From the NCBI GenBank assembly GCA_964653575.1, contig CAZZFP010000001.1, positions 36,600 to 100,599 of the forward strand: a stretch of 64,000 nt of DNA. The letters run 5' to 3'. Every line of letters starts with the position of its first letter. Position 1 is the stretch's first letter. Shown one piece after another: positions 1 through 8,455 of this stretch. The DNA is from an uncultured Lachnospiraceae bacterium. GTDB lineage: Bacteria; Bacillota; Clostridia; Oscillospirales; CAG-272. The translations under genes were made by a program, and so were the position numbers. The notes beneath the pieces were generated by a model. That model did no database searches, was not told the origin of the DNA, and saw only the letters and a list, made by a program, of their open reading frames with translations.

Positions 1-372
1 CTCGGCACAGAGTTCGTTCCGTTTGATTCACTTACCCGCGACAGTCTCATAGTTGACAAAAGTGTGCACGCTTTTCTTTCCCAGATGGACGAAGAAGAGA
101 GCAGAATATTTGTTGACGCGATGTTTGAGATACTCGGAGCCTCAAATGCCGAAACGCTTACCGATCTGATGAAAAACAAAAACGCATTTTTGAAAGCGCT
201 AAAGACCGTTCCGCCCGAAGCAAGAAGCACCGTAATCCGCACTATGATGAAGATAGCCGCGGAAAGCGGTCACGTATGGCTGTCAACGGTAAGATCCAAG
301 TCGGACAACGATAAAAGTGAACAGAAAAACAGACGTTCAAAAAATGCTAAAGAGCCACGAAAAGCAAAATAA
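1..372 (+). CDS. hypothetical protein, C-terminal fragment (ORF open at window start)
   Basis: Frame 1 has no stop codon from nt 1 to the TAA at 370-372, so the listed start at 64 is probably internal. The tail is Lys/Arg/Glu-rich. No family recognised. Confidence 0.4.
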   Translation, partial: LGTEFVPFDSLTRDSLIVDKSVHAFLSQMDEEESRIFVDAMFEILGASNAETLTDLMKNKNAFLKALKTVPPEARSTVIRTMMKIAAESGHVWLSTVRSKSDNDKSEQKNRRSKNAKEPRKAK

Positions 373-445
373 AAAAGAAAGTATTCCCTTTACAATTCAA
401 AACCCGATAAAAAATCTTTTTTCTTCAAAAGAAAAATAATATCAG

Positions 446-518
446 AAAAGACCGTCATCGGCTCGCTTTGCGAAATTGCTCGACAAAGCCAAACCGAAAA
501 ACGGTCTTTTTTTTATTT
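446..518. terminator. bidirectional stem-loop terminator between convergent genes
   Basis: Perfect 10-bp arms AAAAGACCGT (446-455) and ACGGTCTTTT (501-510) enclose a partly self-pairing 45-nt loop. A T8 run follows on the + strand and a T4 run on the - strand. Confidence 0.5.
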
Positions 519-543
519 AAGTGCCGGTATCATATGCACCAAT

Positions 544-1557
544 TCACGGCATAAGGCACACGTCCGTAAGACGCTTGACGATTTGAGCTAACGACGCATC
601 GTCATCGCAAGACACGAGCACGGGTAAAAGCGTGATCGAGCCGTCTGAGCCTTTTTTGACGCCCGAGCGTTCAAATATTCGCGCAAGCTCGCGCTTAAGT
701 GCATCGTTGCACAGCTCATCCAATGTCCTTTTCTCAAGCTCCGCTGTACGAGATATCAATTTTTCGTCAAAGCAAGAGCTCTTGTATGCCGCGCCATATG
801 CCGAAATCTCCGTCATAATAACGAGAACCTTCATATCACATTCAAAAGCCAAATATTCCGCGGCGGTCATAGCCATATGCGAAATCAAAAGCCTTTCGCC
901 TGCCGGATCGGAAGATCTGTTAATAAATGCGACCGTTCTGTCTGCCACCCCCATACGCTTCAGTTCCGAAAGGTAAATATTCTCCTCTTCGAGCGTAATG
1001 CCCATTGCCGCAAGCACTATGGCAAATTCCGAACCGCGACATTCTTTTGAGCATTTCTCCGCTATACTCAAAGCAAGCTCTACATATGATCCTTCGGGCT
1101 GAGATGTGATCGCTACGCTCTGTCCCACGGAGAATGAATATTGCTTGCCGGATACCGAAATCTCGACTTTGGCGGTCTTGTCGGGAAGCACTTTTGATGC
1201 AGATCCGTCAACCTTGCCGTAAATTTCCGACTTGTTCTCCGAAATGATCCTCACACCTCCATCTGCCGGCTTGCCCATACCGTCAAAAATTCTGCCGAGC
1301 ATATCGCGAGACAATGACATATCAAATTTTTTGCCTTTGAAGCGCACTTTGGTCCCGGATATATCCATCCCCTCCACGCCGTCAAACACCTGCACACGCG
1401 TGCCGTTGCCGTCTGCGGATATGACGCTGCCGTATCGTACCTCTCCGTTGGGCAATAATATCTCGGCTTGCTCCCCACAGGTAACACCGTAAACCTGTTG
1501 TACAAGTATCGAAGCATCGGAGATCTGTTTTATCGTTTTGTATTCTTTGATCATCAA
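544..1557 (-). CDS. V/A-type ATPase subunit B-like protein, short and degenerate
   Basis: The N-terminal barrel (KEYKTIKQISD...GE.AEILLPNGE.RYG.V...RIFDGMGKPADGG) and the core (FAIVLAAMGIT...RSSDPAGERL...MTAAEYLAFECDMKVLVIMTEIS) parallel canonical B subunits. It is only 337 aa against about 460. The PGRRGYPGY segment and the C-terminal domain are absent. Confidence 0.8.
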   Translation of the reverse strand: MMIKEYKTIKQISDASILVQQVYGVTCGEQAEILLPNGEVRYGSVISADGNGTRVQVFDGVEGMDISGTKVRFKGKKFDMSLSRDMLGRIFDGMGKPADGGVRIISENKSEIYGKVDGSASKVLPDKTAKVEISVSGKQYSFSVGQSVAITSQPEGSYVELALSIAEKCSKECRGSEFAIVLAAMGITLEEENIYLSELKRMGVADRTVAFINRSSDPAGERLLISHMAMTAAEYLAFECDMKVLVIMTEISAYGAAYKSSCFDEKLISRTAELEKRTLDELCNDALKRELARIFERSGVKKGSDGSITLLPVLVSCDDDASLAQIVKRLTDVCLMP

Positions 1558-1602
1558 AAATTCCCCTTCAAAATGATATTCTGAATATCGCTTTCAAAAA
1601 GC

Positions 1603-2901
1603 TCAAATACGCCGCGGCTTTTCCTTATATTTTGAATACGATCTGTCCTCGTCTATTGCAAAGGAATCGAGAGTGCAAAATGTTCCGACATATCTTTTAA
1701 CCGCTTGCAATACAGGATCACCAGCGTCATCTGCCGAAACGATAGTTGTAAGTACACCGCATCTATGATCGCTTCCGATGTCAGACACACTTCCGCAACG
1801 AGATAAAAGCTCCGAGATCTGCGCGTCTATATCGGCAGGATAGAGATCAAATTCGCGGTCAAGCTCAAACGCCTTTTCACGTACCGCCTTTGCCCACTCG
1901 GTTATCGAATCGATTATCAGCAGAACAGAATAGCCCATATCTCTGTAATATTCCCCAACGGTTGCGCCGAGATATACCGCCTTTTCCCTTGCCGCCGCGC
2001 TCGTGTTGGTCATACCGGATATAATAACCGTGCGCTCGGTCAGAGCTCTGCCAAATTTGACGTCCTTCTTATCGGACAGCTCGGCAAAAAGCTCGTATAT
2101 CTCCTTGGAACGCGACGATGCGGAAACATATACAACGATATCGACATCGGCATTTTTTGCCATATTGTGCAAAAGCGACGTCCTGCCGCTTGCTCCCCGA
2201 CCCGAAATACACGCGGCACTCCCCTTCGCTATCGGAAAGTGTTTGTCGATCTCGTCTATACCTGTAATGAGCTTTTCATACGACGGACGTTTCAAAGCCT
2301 CGGAGCCTTGAGGATGAACGCCGTATCCGATCGCAAGAGTAATATCCTCGATAGTTCCATCCAACCTTTTGATCTTGCCGATCCTGTCGGAAACGCTATA
2401 ATCACCCGAGCGAAGCTCAACTATACTTCCGCTTACGCCGTACGGCACCGTGATCTTATGTATGATCAGACCGTTTTCTCTTACCGTGCCGTAAGCGTCA
2501 CCGCCATTTATTCTGTCACCGAATTTAAGCGCCGCTTCAAAATGCCATAGCTTGCTTTGATCTAAAGAGCGCCTTGATATTGACGAATGAAAAATGTCGG
2601 TGCCTTTTTTGTTACCGCAAAAGATCGGTCCTTGCAAAGCATCAAATACGTGCCCCAAAAGCCCGGGGCCGAGCTCGGCGGTAAACGGTATGTCACACGA
2701 CACTACACCGTCTCCCACGCTTATTCCTTCCGCCTCTTCAAGAAAGCACAGCGTTATATCATCTCGGTCTATCTTAACGACTTCGGCGCGCACCTGTCTG
2801 TCCCCTACGAGAACGACTCCGTGCATTTTTGCTGTTCGCGGTCCCTCGGCAACCGCTACCGAGCACGATATTTTAGTTATTCTTCCGACAGTATCTGCCA
2901 T
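1603..2901 (-). CDS. V/A-type ATPase subunit A-like protein, degenerate P-loop, C-terminally short
   Basis: Recognisable A-subunit parts: N-terminal barrel (GRITKISCSVAVAEG...AELGPGLLGHVFDALQGP), the A-specific bulge region (KLWHFEA...GD.INGGD.YG.V.ENGLI.HKI.VP) and a Walker-B-like LLIIDSITEWAKAVRE. The P-loop reads GRGASGRT (nt 2179-2202) where GxxGxGKT is expected. The segment aligned to GCGERGNE reads SASSRSKE. It is 432 aa against about 590. Confidence 0.8.
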   Translation of the reverse strand: MADTVGRITKISCSVAVAEGPRTAKMHGVVLVGDRQVRAEVVKIDRDDITLCFLEEAEGISVGDGVVSCDIPFTAELGPGLLGHVFDALQGPIFCGNKKGTDIFHSSISRRSLDQSKLWHFEAALKFGDRINGGDAYGTVRENGLIIHKITVPYGVSGSIVELRSGDYSVSDRIGKIKRLDGTIEDITLAIGYGVHPQGSEALKRPSYEKLITGIDEIDKHFPIAKGSAACISGRGASGRTSLLHNMAKNADVDIVVYVSASSRSKEIYELFAELSDKKDVKFGRALTERTVIISGMTNTSAAAREKAVYLGATVGEYYRDMGYSVLLIIDSITEWAKAVREKAFELDREFDLYPADIDAQISELLSRCGSVSDIGSDHRCGVLTTIVSADDAGDPVLQAVKRYVGTFCTLDSFAIDEDRSYSKYKEKPRRI

Positions 2902-2929
2902 CTTTGTTGCCTTTCATTAAGCCTTTGAT

Positions 2930-3592
2930 TTAACGTTGTTCGTTTTCAAACAATATATTCGCTATCTGCCCTTCGAATTCAAAGCGTAGCTCCTCGATAA
3001 GAGCCGCCAGCGAGAAATTATAATCCACACATCCGCAGTTTAATATAAGTCCGCCGCTTATATCCGCAACCTCATCTGCTATCCTTACTTTATCTATCAG
3101 CTTGCTGTCAACTCGTCCGACGACTCTCCGGCGCAAACCGTCAATAAGAAGTCCTCCATATCGGTCTTTATCTGACTTATTAAGGTATACACGGTAAACG
3201 CCATGTTCGTCATCGTCGTCAATTATATTCAAGCGCTCTGTATGCTCTATCATCGCCTTTGATAACATCGAAACCAACATCTCAAGATATTTTTCGTGCG
3301 GAAACATCAATATATCTTTTTCGGCTCGCTCAAATGCTTCGTCAACAGCCGACACCCTCGCTTTTTGAATTATCAATGTCCTATTGATGCTCGCGGTTGA
3401 TTTTGCATATTCTATTATATTCGCACATTTTTCCGCACAAGCCGCGGCGATCTCCGAGGATTCCGTTGACACTCGATCGTTATATTCACCATAAATGCGC
3501 CCGCATTCGTTATCGGCAGCTTCGGATATCTGCTTTGCCTTTTCTTCGGCGGCTTCTATTATTTTAGATATTATCCTATCAAGTCCGGTCAT
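2930..3592 (-). CDS. V/A-type ATPase subunit E-like peripheral-stalk protein
   Basis: The N-terminal coiled coil MTGLDRIISKIIEAAEEKAKQISEAAD and the C-terminal globular part (ISGGLILNCG.VDYNFS...LIEELR.E...IANILF) match the subunit E pattern. 220 aa. Confidence 0.75.
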   Translation of the reverse strand: MTGLDRIISKIIEAAEEKAKQISEAADNECGRIYGEYNDRVSTESSEIAAACAEKCANIIEYAKSTASINRTLIIQKARVSAVDEAFERAEKDILMFPHEKYLEMLVSMLSKAMIEHTERLNIIDDDDEHGVYRVYLNKSDKDRYGGLLIDGLRRRVVGRVDSKLIDKVRIADEVADISGGLILNCGCVDYNFSLAALIEELRFEFEGQIANILFENEQR

Positions 3593-3609
3593 ATGTTACT
3601 CCTTATTTT

Positions 3610-4746
3610 TCATTCCTCGGTGTAGAGCTCCGATGGAGTCACGGGAATAAATTCTTTTCCGCTTTGAGAATACACCTCTTTTAGTGAATTTTGGGGCTGT
3701 GCCTTGATGTACTTCAGCAATTCATTATCGTGCTTTTTTGCAAATTTACTGTTCTTGACTATAGTATAGCTCTTATCGGGATTTGAAAATTCGTAAGCAC
3801 ATCCGTTACTGTCCAATATCTCGTTTATCTTATCGATACAAAATGCGGGAATGACAGCTTCGATATATGCGCTCGTCTCTCCGATCGGTACTCCTCGACT
3901 TATCTCAAGGCATATCTCAAGCGTCGCAATATGATCGTAAAAAAGCTTGATATTGTCCAAGTCTTTCGAAAGGTATGCAAGCCGCTCCTCTTTTCGTATA
4001 CGTTCACCTTCAATAGTTATAAGACGCTTGCGAGCGGCACTCAACGCCACGTTTGCCCTCAGATCAATATTGTCATAATCTTTTATCTTAAATTCATACT
4101 CGGATAGGAGATCAAGCACTTCATCGCAAGACTCCCTGTGTGCTATAAGGCGGACGTAATAAACGGATGTGTCCCAGCTTATGGGCTGAATACAAGCGCA
4201 TAAATCGTTTAGCTTCTGAATAATCTCCTCAATATCAAAAGCTACGGGGATGGATCCGAAGAAAAAGCAAGTGCTTTCCGTCCCCTTAAAAGAAAGCGGC
4301 TCACTGTAGCTTTCCCACGGCAAAAGACGCTCAATATCAGACTCGAGCCGAGAGGTCTCGGCTGTCAAATCCTCAAGTGCTTTAGAAAGCTTGAGGGTCT
4401 CGTTGATCGTGTTACACGTACGAAGGATCTGATCGTCAGATAAGAAAAGAACCGTTTGACGCTTTATCCTCGACGTTGCAACCTTTTTTGACGGTTGTAT
4501 CGAATTATCGGAATATTCCGAGAGTATCCGAATCGACGTCGTGATCTCGGATAAAGATATATTTGAATGATGTGTTGCCTCATAAAACTCTTTTAAGTAA
4601 TCATAAAGCACGGGGGGATTTCTATCCGTGATCGGATCGGATCGCTTAAATTCAACACAGCCGGAAGAAATCAGCGAAAAAATAACTCGTTCGGCGTTTT
4701 CAAGCTCGGTAACCGCGAAAAGCTTTTTAAAGATCTCTATTGACAT
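3610..4746 (-). CDS. V-type ATPase subunit I/a N-terminal-domain-like protein without membrane domain
   Basis: The start AKMSIEIFKKLFAVTELENAERVIFSLISSGCVEFKR resembles the characteristic opening of subunit I (..KM.K......E......L...G.VE). It has long coiled-coil segments and no hydrophobic transmembrane stretch in about 380 aa. The start is either 4764 or, more likely, Met at 4746, overlapping the upstream gene. Confidence 0.55.
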   Translation of the reverse strand: MSIEIFKKLFAVTELENAERVIFSLISSGCVEFKRSDPITDRNPPVLYDYLKEFYEATHHSNISLSEITTSIRILSEYSDNSIQPSKKVATSRIKRQTVLFLSDDQILRTCNTINETLKLSKALEDLTAETSRLESDIERLLPWESYSEPLSFKGTESTCFFFGSIPVAFDIEEIIQKLNDLCACIQPISWDTSVYYVRLIAHRESCDEVLDLLSEYEFKIKDYDNIDLRANVALSAARKRLITIEGERIRKEERLAYLSKDLDNIKLFYDHIATLEICLEISRGVPIGETSAYIEAVIPAFCIDKINEILDSNGCAYEFSNPDKSYTIVKNSKFAKKHDNELLKYIKAQPQNSLKEVYSQSGKEFIPVTPSELYTEE

Positions 4747-5066
4747 TTTTGCATAAGCTCCCATACGATTTCTTTAACCGCTGTACGCATATTGGCTTCT
4801 GCGGAATTGGTAATAGCTTCCGCTTCGGCACGTGCTTCACTATCACTTTTTCTGACGGTCTCCGCGGACCTGTCGGTTATATTTTCCGTCTCAATACGAT
4901 ATTTTTCACGGCACTCGGAAAGTGCTGTTTGATATTTATTGCAAGCGTCAATTCTCGCTTCTTCAACCGCTCTGTGCGCCCTGTCTTCCGCGCTATCAAT
5001 AATGCTATGAGCTCTCGCTTCCGCGTCCCGAATCTTTAAAAGTGCATTATCCGACAAATTATTCAC
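4737..5066 (-). CDS. V/A-type ATPase subunit G/H-like coiled-coil protein
   Basis: 109 aa. ALLKIRDAEARAHSIIDSAEDRAHRAVEEARIDA is a typical Glu/Ala/Arg-rich stalk coiled coil. It is the first gene of the operon. The start codon is GTG at 5066 or TTG three codons downstream. Confidence 0.6.
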   Translation of the reverse strand: MNNLSDNALLKIRDAEARAHSIIDSAEDRAHRAVEEARIDACNKYQTALSECREKYRIETENITDRSAETVRKSDSEARAEAEAITNSAEANMRTAVKEIVWELMQKCQ

Positions 5067-5112
5067 CGCCTTAGATTAACAATAAGCTTAAATCATATAC
5101 TTTCTTTTATTA

Positions 5113-5141
5113 ATTATATCATATACGCATCGACAATTCAA
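5113..5141 (-). promoter_or_regulatory. sigma-A-type promoter of the V1-like operon
   Basis: On the minus strand: TTGAAT (5141-5136), a 17-nt spacer, then TATAAT (5118-5113). It lies about 45 nt upstream of the first gene. Confidence 0.55.
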
Positions 5142-5219
5142 GAGCTCAAATGCGAAAAATAAGCGCATAACCTCATTTTGAGTTATATTCACAAGATTTT
5201 TTGCCACTGAAAAAGATCA

Positions 5220-5780
5220 TTAATCGATACACAGCTTTCCGAGAAGACGATTTTTACCGTTTTCATATGCGTATAGCTCGTCTCGCTTTATAAACCATTC
5301 TCCACGCCGCCTTAAATAGTTATATATTTCTCTTTTGCGCTTTTTATCAGCTTCACAAAGCATATCGATCAAATGATATTGCGGCAGTACGAAGCGTTTG
5401 TCTTTTATTGAATACAGATAGGTATGACGTATCTTTTGTGTGGACCAATCCTTACGGTTTGTTGCAAATTCGGTAAAAATATCAACATAAAATATCGATT
5501 CGGATACGCTCTTCTCTTTTATTGAAAAGCTGTATTTTGCGCGCAAGCCCGTACGATTATCGGGTAACGAGAGCAGCTGATCCTTGAGCTTGCTTTTTGC
5601 ATATTCGAGTACCTTATCTTTGATCAGCTCTGCGGTACCGCTTACACTGTTAAGCGGATACTCTATCCTGACTCTTATAAGATCACATCCATTATGCCTT
5701 ATACCAAAGGACTCAAGAATATTTTTTTCGTCACCGACATTTGCTTCACTCAGAACGGCGTTTTCGACTTTTTTTGCCAC
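5220..5780 (-). CDS. hypothetical protein
   Basis: Intact ORF. The best start is GTG at 5780, preceded by GGAGG with 8-nt spacing. The listed 5849 start is a TTG inside promoter-like sequence. No family recognised. Confidence 0.5.
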   Translation of the reverse strand: MAKKVENAVLSEANVGDEKNILESFGIRHNGCDLIRVRIEYPLNSVSGTAELIKDKVLEYAKSKLKDQLLSLPDNRTGLRAKYSFSIKEKSVSESIFYVDIFTEFATNRKDWSTQKIRHTYLYSIKDKRFVLPQYHLIDMLCEADKKRKREIYNYLRRRGEWFIKRDELYAYENGKNRLLGKLCID

Positions 5781-5865
5781 AGCATTATCCTCCGTTTTTA
5801 TTATCAATGTATGAGATATTACTTTGCAAAATAACAATTGTCGCGTCAAAATATTAAGTCAAAAA

Positions 5866-5897
5866 TAAGGACCCCCGCCGAGGCGGAAGCCCTTATC
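5866..5897 (-). terminator. rho-independent terminator of the lipoprotein gene
   Basis: On the minus strand: AAGGGCTTCCGCC-TCG-GCGGGGGTCCTT followed by ATTTTTG. Confidence 0.65.
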
Positions 5898-5951
5898 TTA
5901 TTTGATTAGCTTAGCTATAACTAAAACTACTTAGTTAGCAGAAAGTCAATT

Positions 5952-8141
5952 TTAATTGCCAGCTACGGTTGCTGCTTGTGCTACGTTTGCCTTAGCAACT
6001 GTAAGAGCATCGCTCATAACCTTAGCAATAGCCGTATCCTTAACAGTGTCGGTTTCGTACTCAGCTACGTCAGCCTCTGCTGTAGGAATATCTTTGAGGA
6101 TCTCTTCGAACTCAGCTACGAGAACAACGAAATGCTCCTTAGCCTGTGCATCAGCCTCAGTTGCCTTATCAGCGTACGTAAATGCTCCACCGCTAAACTT
6201 CATCTCTTTGATTGCGGAGATGTATGCAAGAACTATGTTCTTAGCAGCATCCTTTGCTCTCTGAGTTGCAGGAACTACAGTAAGTTTACCGTCGATGTAC
6301 TGAGCAGTGAGCTTAGCAATCGCATTGATAGCGTTCAACTTGTAAGTCTCATAATTGTCGTTCGTGTCAACAACAGCCTTAACTTCGTTGTAGCAATCAA
6401 GAATTACCTGCTTAGCAAAGTCTTCTGTAGCCTTCTCGTCTACATAAGCCTTGAGCAGTGCATTCAGTTCGCTCTGGATAGCTTCGGAGGTCTTATCCTT
6501 ACCGTTATCATCCTTAGTAGGTATCGTACTCTTGAGCTTAGCAACCTGCTGGAGGTAGTAAACGAAGCCGTTTACATCATAGTCAACATATGATGTAGCT
6601 GTCTTGTTTGCATTTACGACCAAGTCAAGATGCTTTATAGCATAATTCCACTTATCGTTGAGATTGTCACCGGCATACTCGTTGTTTGTATCTGCCTGAT
6701 AGAATGCGTTCTTCCAAGCAAGCTCTGCCTCCATTACATCAGCGAAGAGAGTACCGAGCTTTGTGATCTGTGCCTTGTAAGCTTCATTATCAGTAGCCAG
6801 GCTCTGCATTGCATTAAGAACAGACTTGATAGCCTCTGTCTTGAGCGTATTGTAGTTATCCTCATAAGCAACCTCAAGCCACTTTTCAAGGACGGGAGCG
6901 AAGTAAACAACATACTCATCATCAGCAGTCTTGGAAACGCCGTTGTTCTTATATTGCTTGTCAATAGCCTTAACGCCGTCCTTGTCAGCTGTCTTGACTT
7001 CCTTAAGCTCTACCTCAGTGGGTTCGTACTTTGTACCAACAAAAGTTACATAATCAGTGTAGAGATCCTTAAGTTCAGTAAGTCTGGAAGCATAAATCTT
7101 CTTAACAACATCATCGCTCAGAGCCTTTGCGAGGTTTATAGCGTCAGCCTGTGCCTGGGATACAGCAGCAGTTGTAACTTTTCCGTTAGCATCCTTCACT
7201 TCATCTACTTTTTTCTGGAATGTGATACCAAGAGCCGTAAAAGCAGTCTCTATATAGTCGCGGATATCATCATTGACATCTTTGCATTCAGCCTCAAGAG
7301 CTGCTTTCTTCTCGACTGCATACTCAAGTTTACCAACGGAAATACCCTTAGCGGTTGCCTGAGCCTGAACCGTTGCATATGTTGTGCACCACTCATCATA
7401 AGCCTTCTTTGCAGCTGTGATCGCATCTGCATCAAGTGTGGTAACAGGGAAGCTGATCGCATCAATAAGTGCTGCAACCTTCTTAGCCTCGGAATCAGCC
7501 GTAGCTATTCCGTTAAGTTCTGCCTCTATGTCAGCAACAATGCTGTCAAGATCATCATCACTTACAGCTCTGTAAAGTCTGATCTTTGCTGCGTAGCAGA
7601 GGTTAAGAGCTTTCTCGTAGTCCTCTTCAGTGTAGTACTCTTTCTCTCCGAGAATCTTCTTCTCAAGAGCATCGATATCTATGCACTTTGCAATGATCTT
7701 CTCGGTTGCGTTCTTCCAAGCTTCGATATCGATCTTGCTGTTAGCAAGGTCTTTGAGCTCTGTAGCCTGGCTTGTAAGTGTGGAGCTTACGTTGGCAATA
7801 GCTGTGTCAACGAGCTTCTTTGCAACTGCTTCAACATCAGATGTCTTTGCATAGTCTGCAAGAGCGGTCTGAATGTCAGTTGTCTTAGCGTAACCTGCAA
7901 GTGCAGCCTCTATCTTAGCCGCAACTGTTTCCTCGGACACGCCTGCCTCGAGATCTTTAAGCGCGTTTTCAACAGCTGTTGTGAGCTGCTGCTGTGTAAC
8001 AGCGGCATCTGCTGCCTTCTTAGCTGCTTCTGCAGCATCGCGTGCTTCCTGGTCTGTACAACCAACAAGGCACATAGCGAGAACTGTAACAAGAGCAAGA
8101 ATTAAAGCTATGTTTCTTTTTGTTTTGTTTAAGTTAAGCAT
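5952..8141 (-). CDS. large alpha-helical Ala/Lys/Glu-rich surface lipoprotein
   Basis: The signal peptide carries a lipobox (ALILALVTVLAMCLVGC). About 700 aa of low-complexity helical sequence follow, with a local tandem motif LAGYAKTTDIQTA/LADYAKTSDVEAV. GAGGAGG lies 5-6 nt before the ATG at 8141. Confidence 0.75.
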   Translation of the reverse strand: MLNLNKTKRNIALILALVTVLAMCLVGCTDQEARDAAEAAKKAADAAVTQQQLTTAVENALKDLEAGVSEETVAAKIEAALAGYAKTTDIQTALADYAKTSDVEAVAKKLVDTAIANVSSTLTSQATELKDLANSKIDIEAWKNATEKIIAKCIDIDALEKKILGEKEYYTEEDYEKALNLCYAAKIRLYRAVSDDDLDSIVADIEAELNGIATADSEAKKVAALIDAISFPVTTLDADAITAAKKAYDEWCTTYATVQAQATAKGISVGKLEYAVEKKAALEAECKDVNDDIRDYIETAFTALGITFQKKVDEVKDANGKVTTAAVSQAQADAINLAKALSDDVVKKIYASRLTELKDLYTDYVTFVGTKYEPTEVELKEVKTADKDGVKAIDKQYKNNGVSKTADDEYVVYFAPVLEKWLEVAYEDNYNTLKTEAIKSVLNAMQSLATDNEAYKAQITKLGTLFADVMEAELAWKNAFYQADTNNEYAGDNLNDKWNYAIKHLDLVVNANKTATSYVDYDVNGFVYYLQQVAKLKSTIPTKDDNGKDKTSEAIQSELNALLKAYVDEKATEDFAKQVILDCYNEVKAVVDTNDNYETYKLNAINAIAKLTAQYIDGKLTVVPATQRAKDAAKNIVLAYISAIKEMKFSGGAFTYADKATEADAQAKEHFVVLVAEFEEILKDIPTAEADVAEYETDTVKDTAIAKVMSDALTVAKANVAQAATVAGN

Positions 8142-8455
8142 TTTTTGCCTCCTCAATAAGATTTGTGTTACTATTGTACACTATTTTCTTTTGTTTTTCC
8201 ATACTTTTGTATGAACGGGTCATATTTGATACGAATGGGACGACTTTTCTCGATTATTTATGTAACAAGCGTCTCCGTACCGGACCGCAGTTCCTTTTGC
8301 TGTCCTTTTGGTGTCTTTTCGTCAGCAGAGAACGTTGTCGGTCTTAAAAATCAGCCCGCCAGACTTTAAGGCACCTATTATTGCCACCGCACTGTCTTAA
8401 GTTCCAAACAAGCCAATACCGTGGCAGGATATTGTCTGTCGGTCAAGCCCTCCTT

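Noticed and set aside
544-5066. Annotating the locus as a functional ion-translocating V-type ATPase
   Set aside because: No proteolipid, D, F, C/d or membrane a-domain genes are present. The A-like P-loop Lys and catalytic Glu are substituted. Both A-like and B-like lack C-terminal domains. A standard ntp/atp annotation would be misleading.
6630-8105. 491-aa ORF on the + strand, antisense to the lipoprotein gene
   Set aside because: The translated sequence is Cys/Leu/Ser/Ile-rich nonsense with no motif. It arises because the sense gene's biased codon set (GCN, AAG, GAG, ACN) leaves the complementary frame stop-free. The sense frame has a signal peptide, RBS and terminator.
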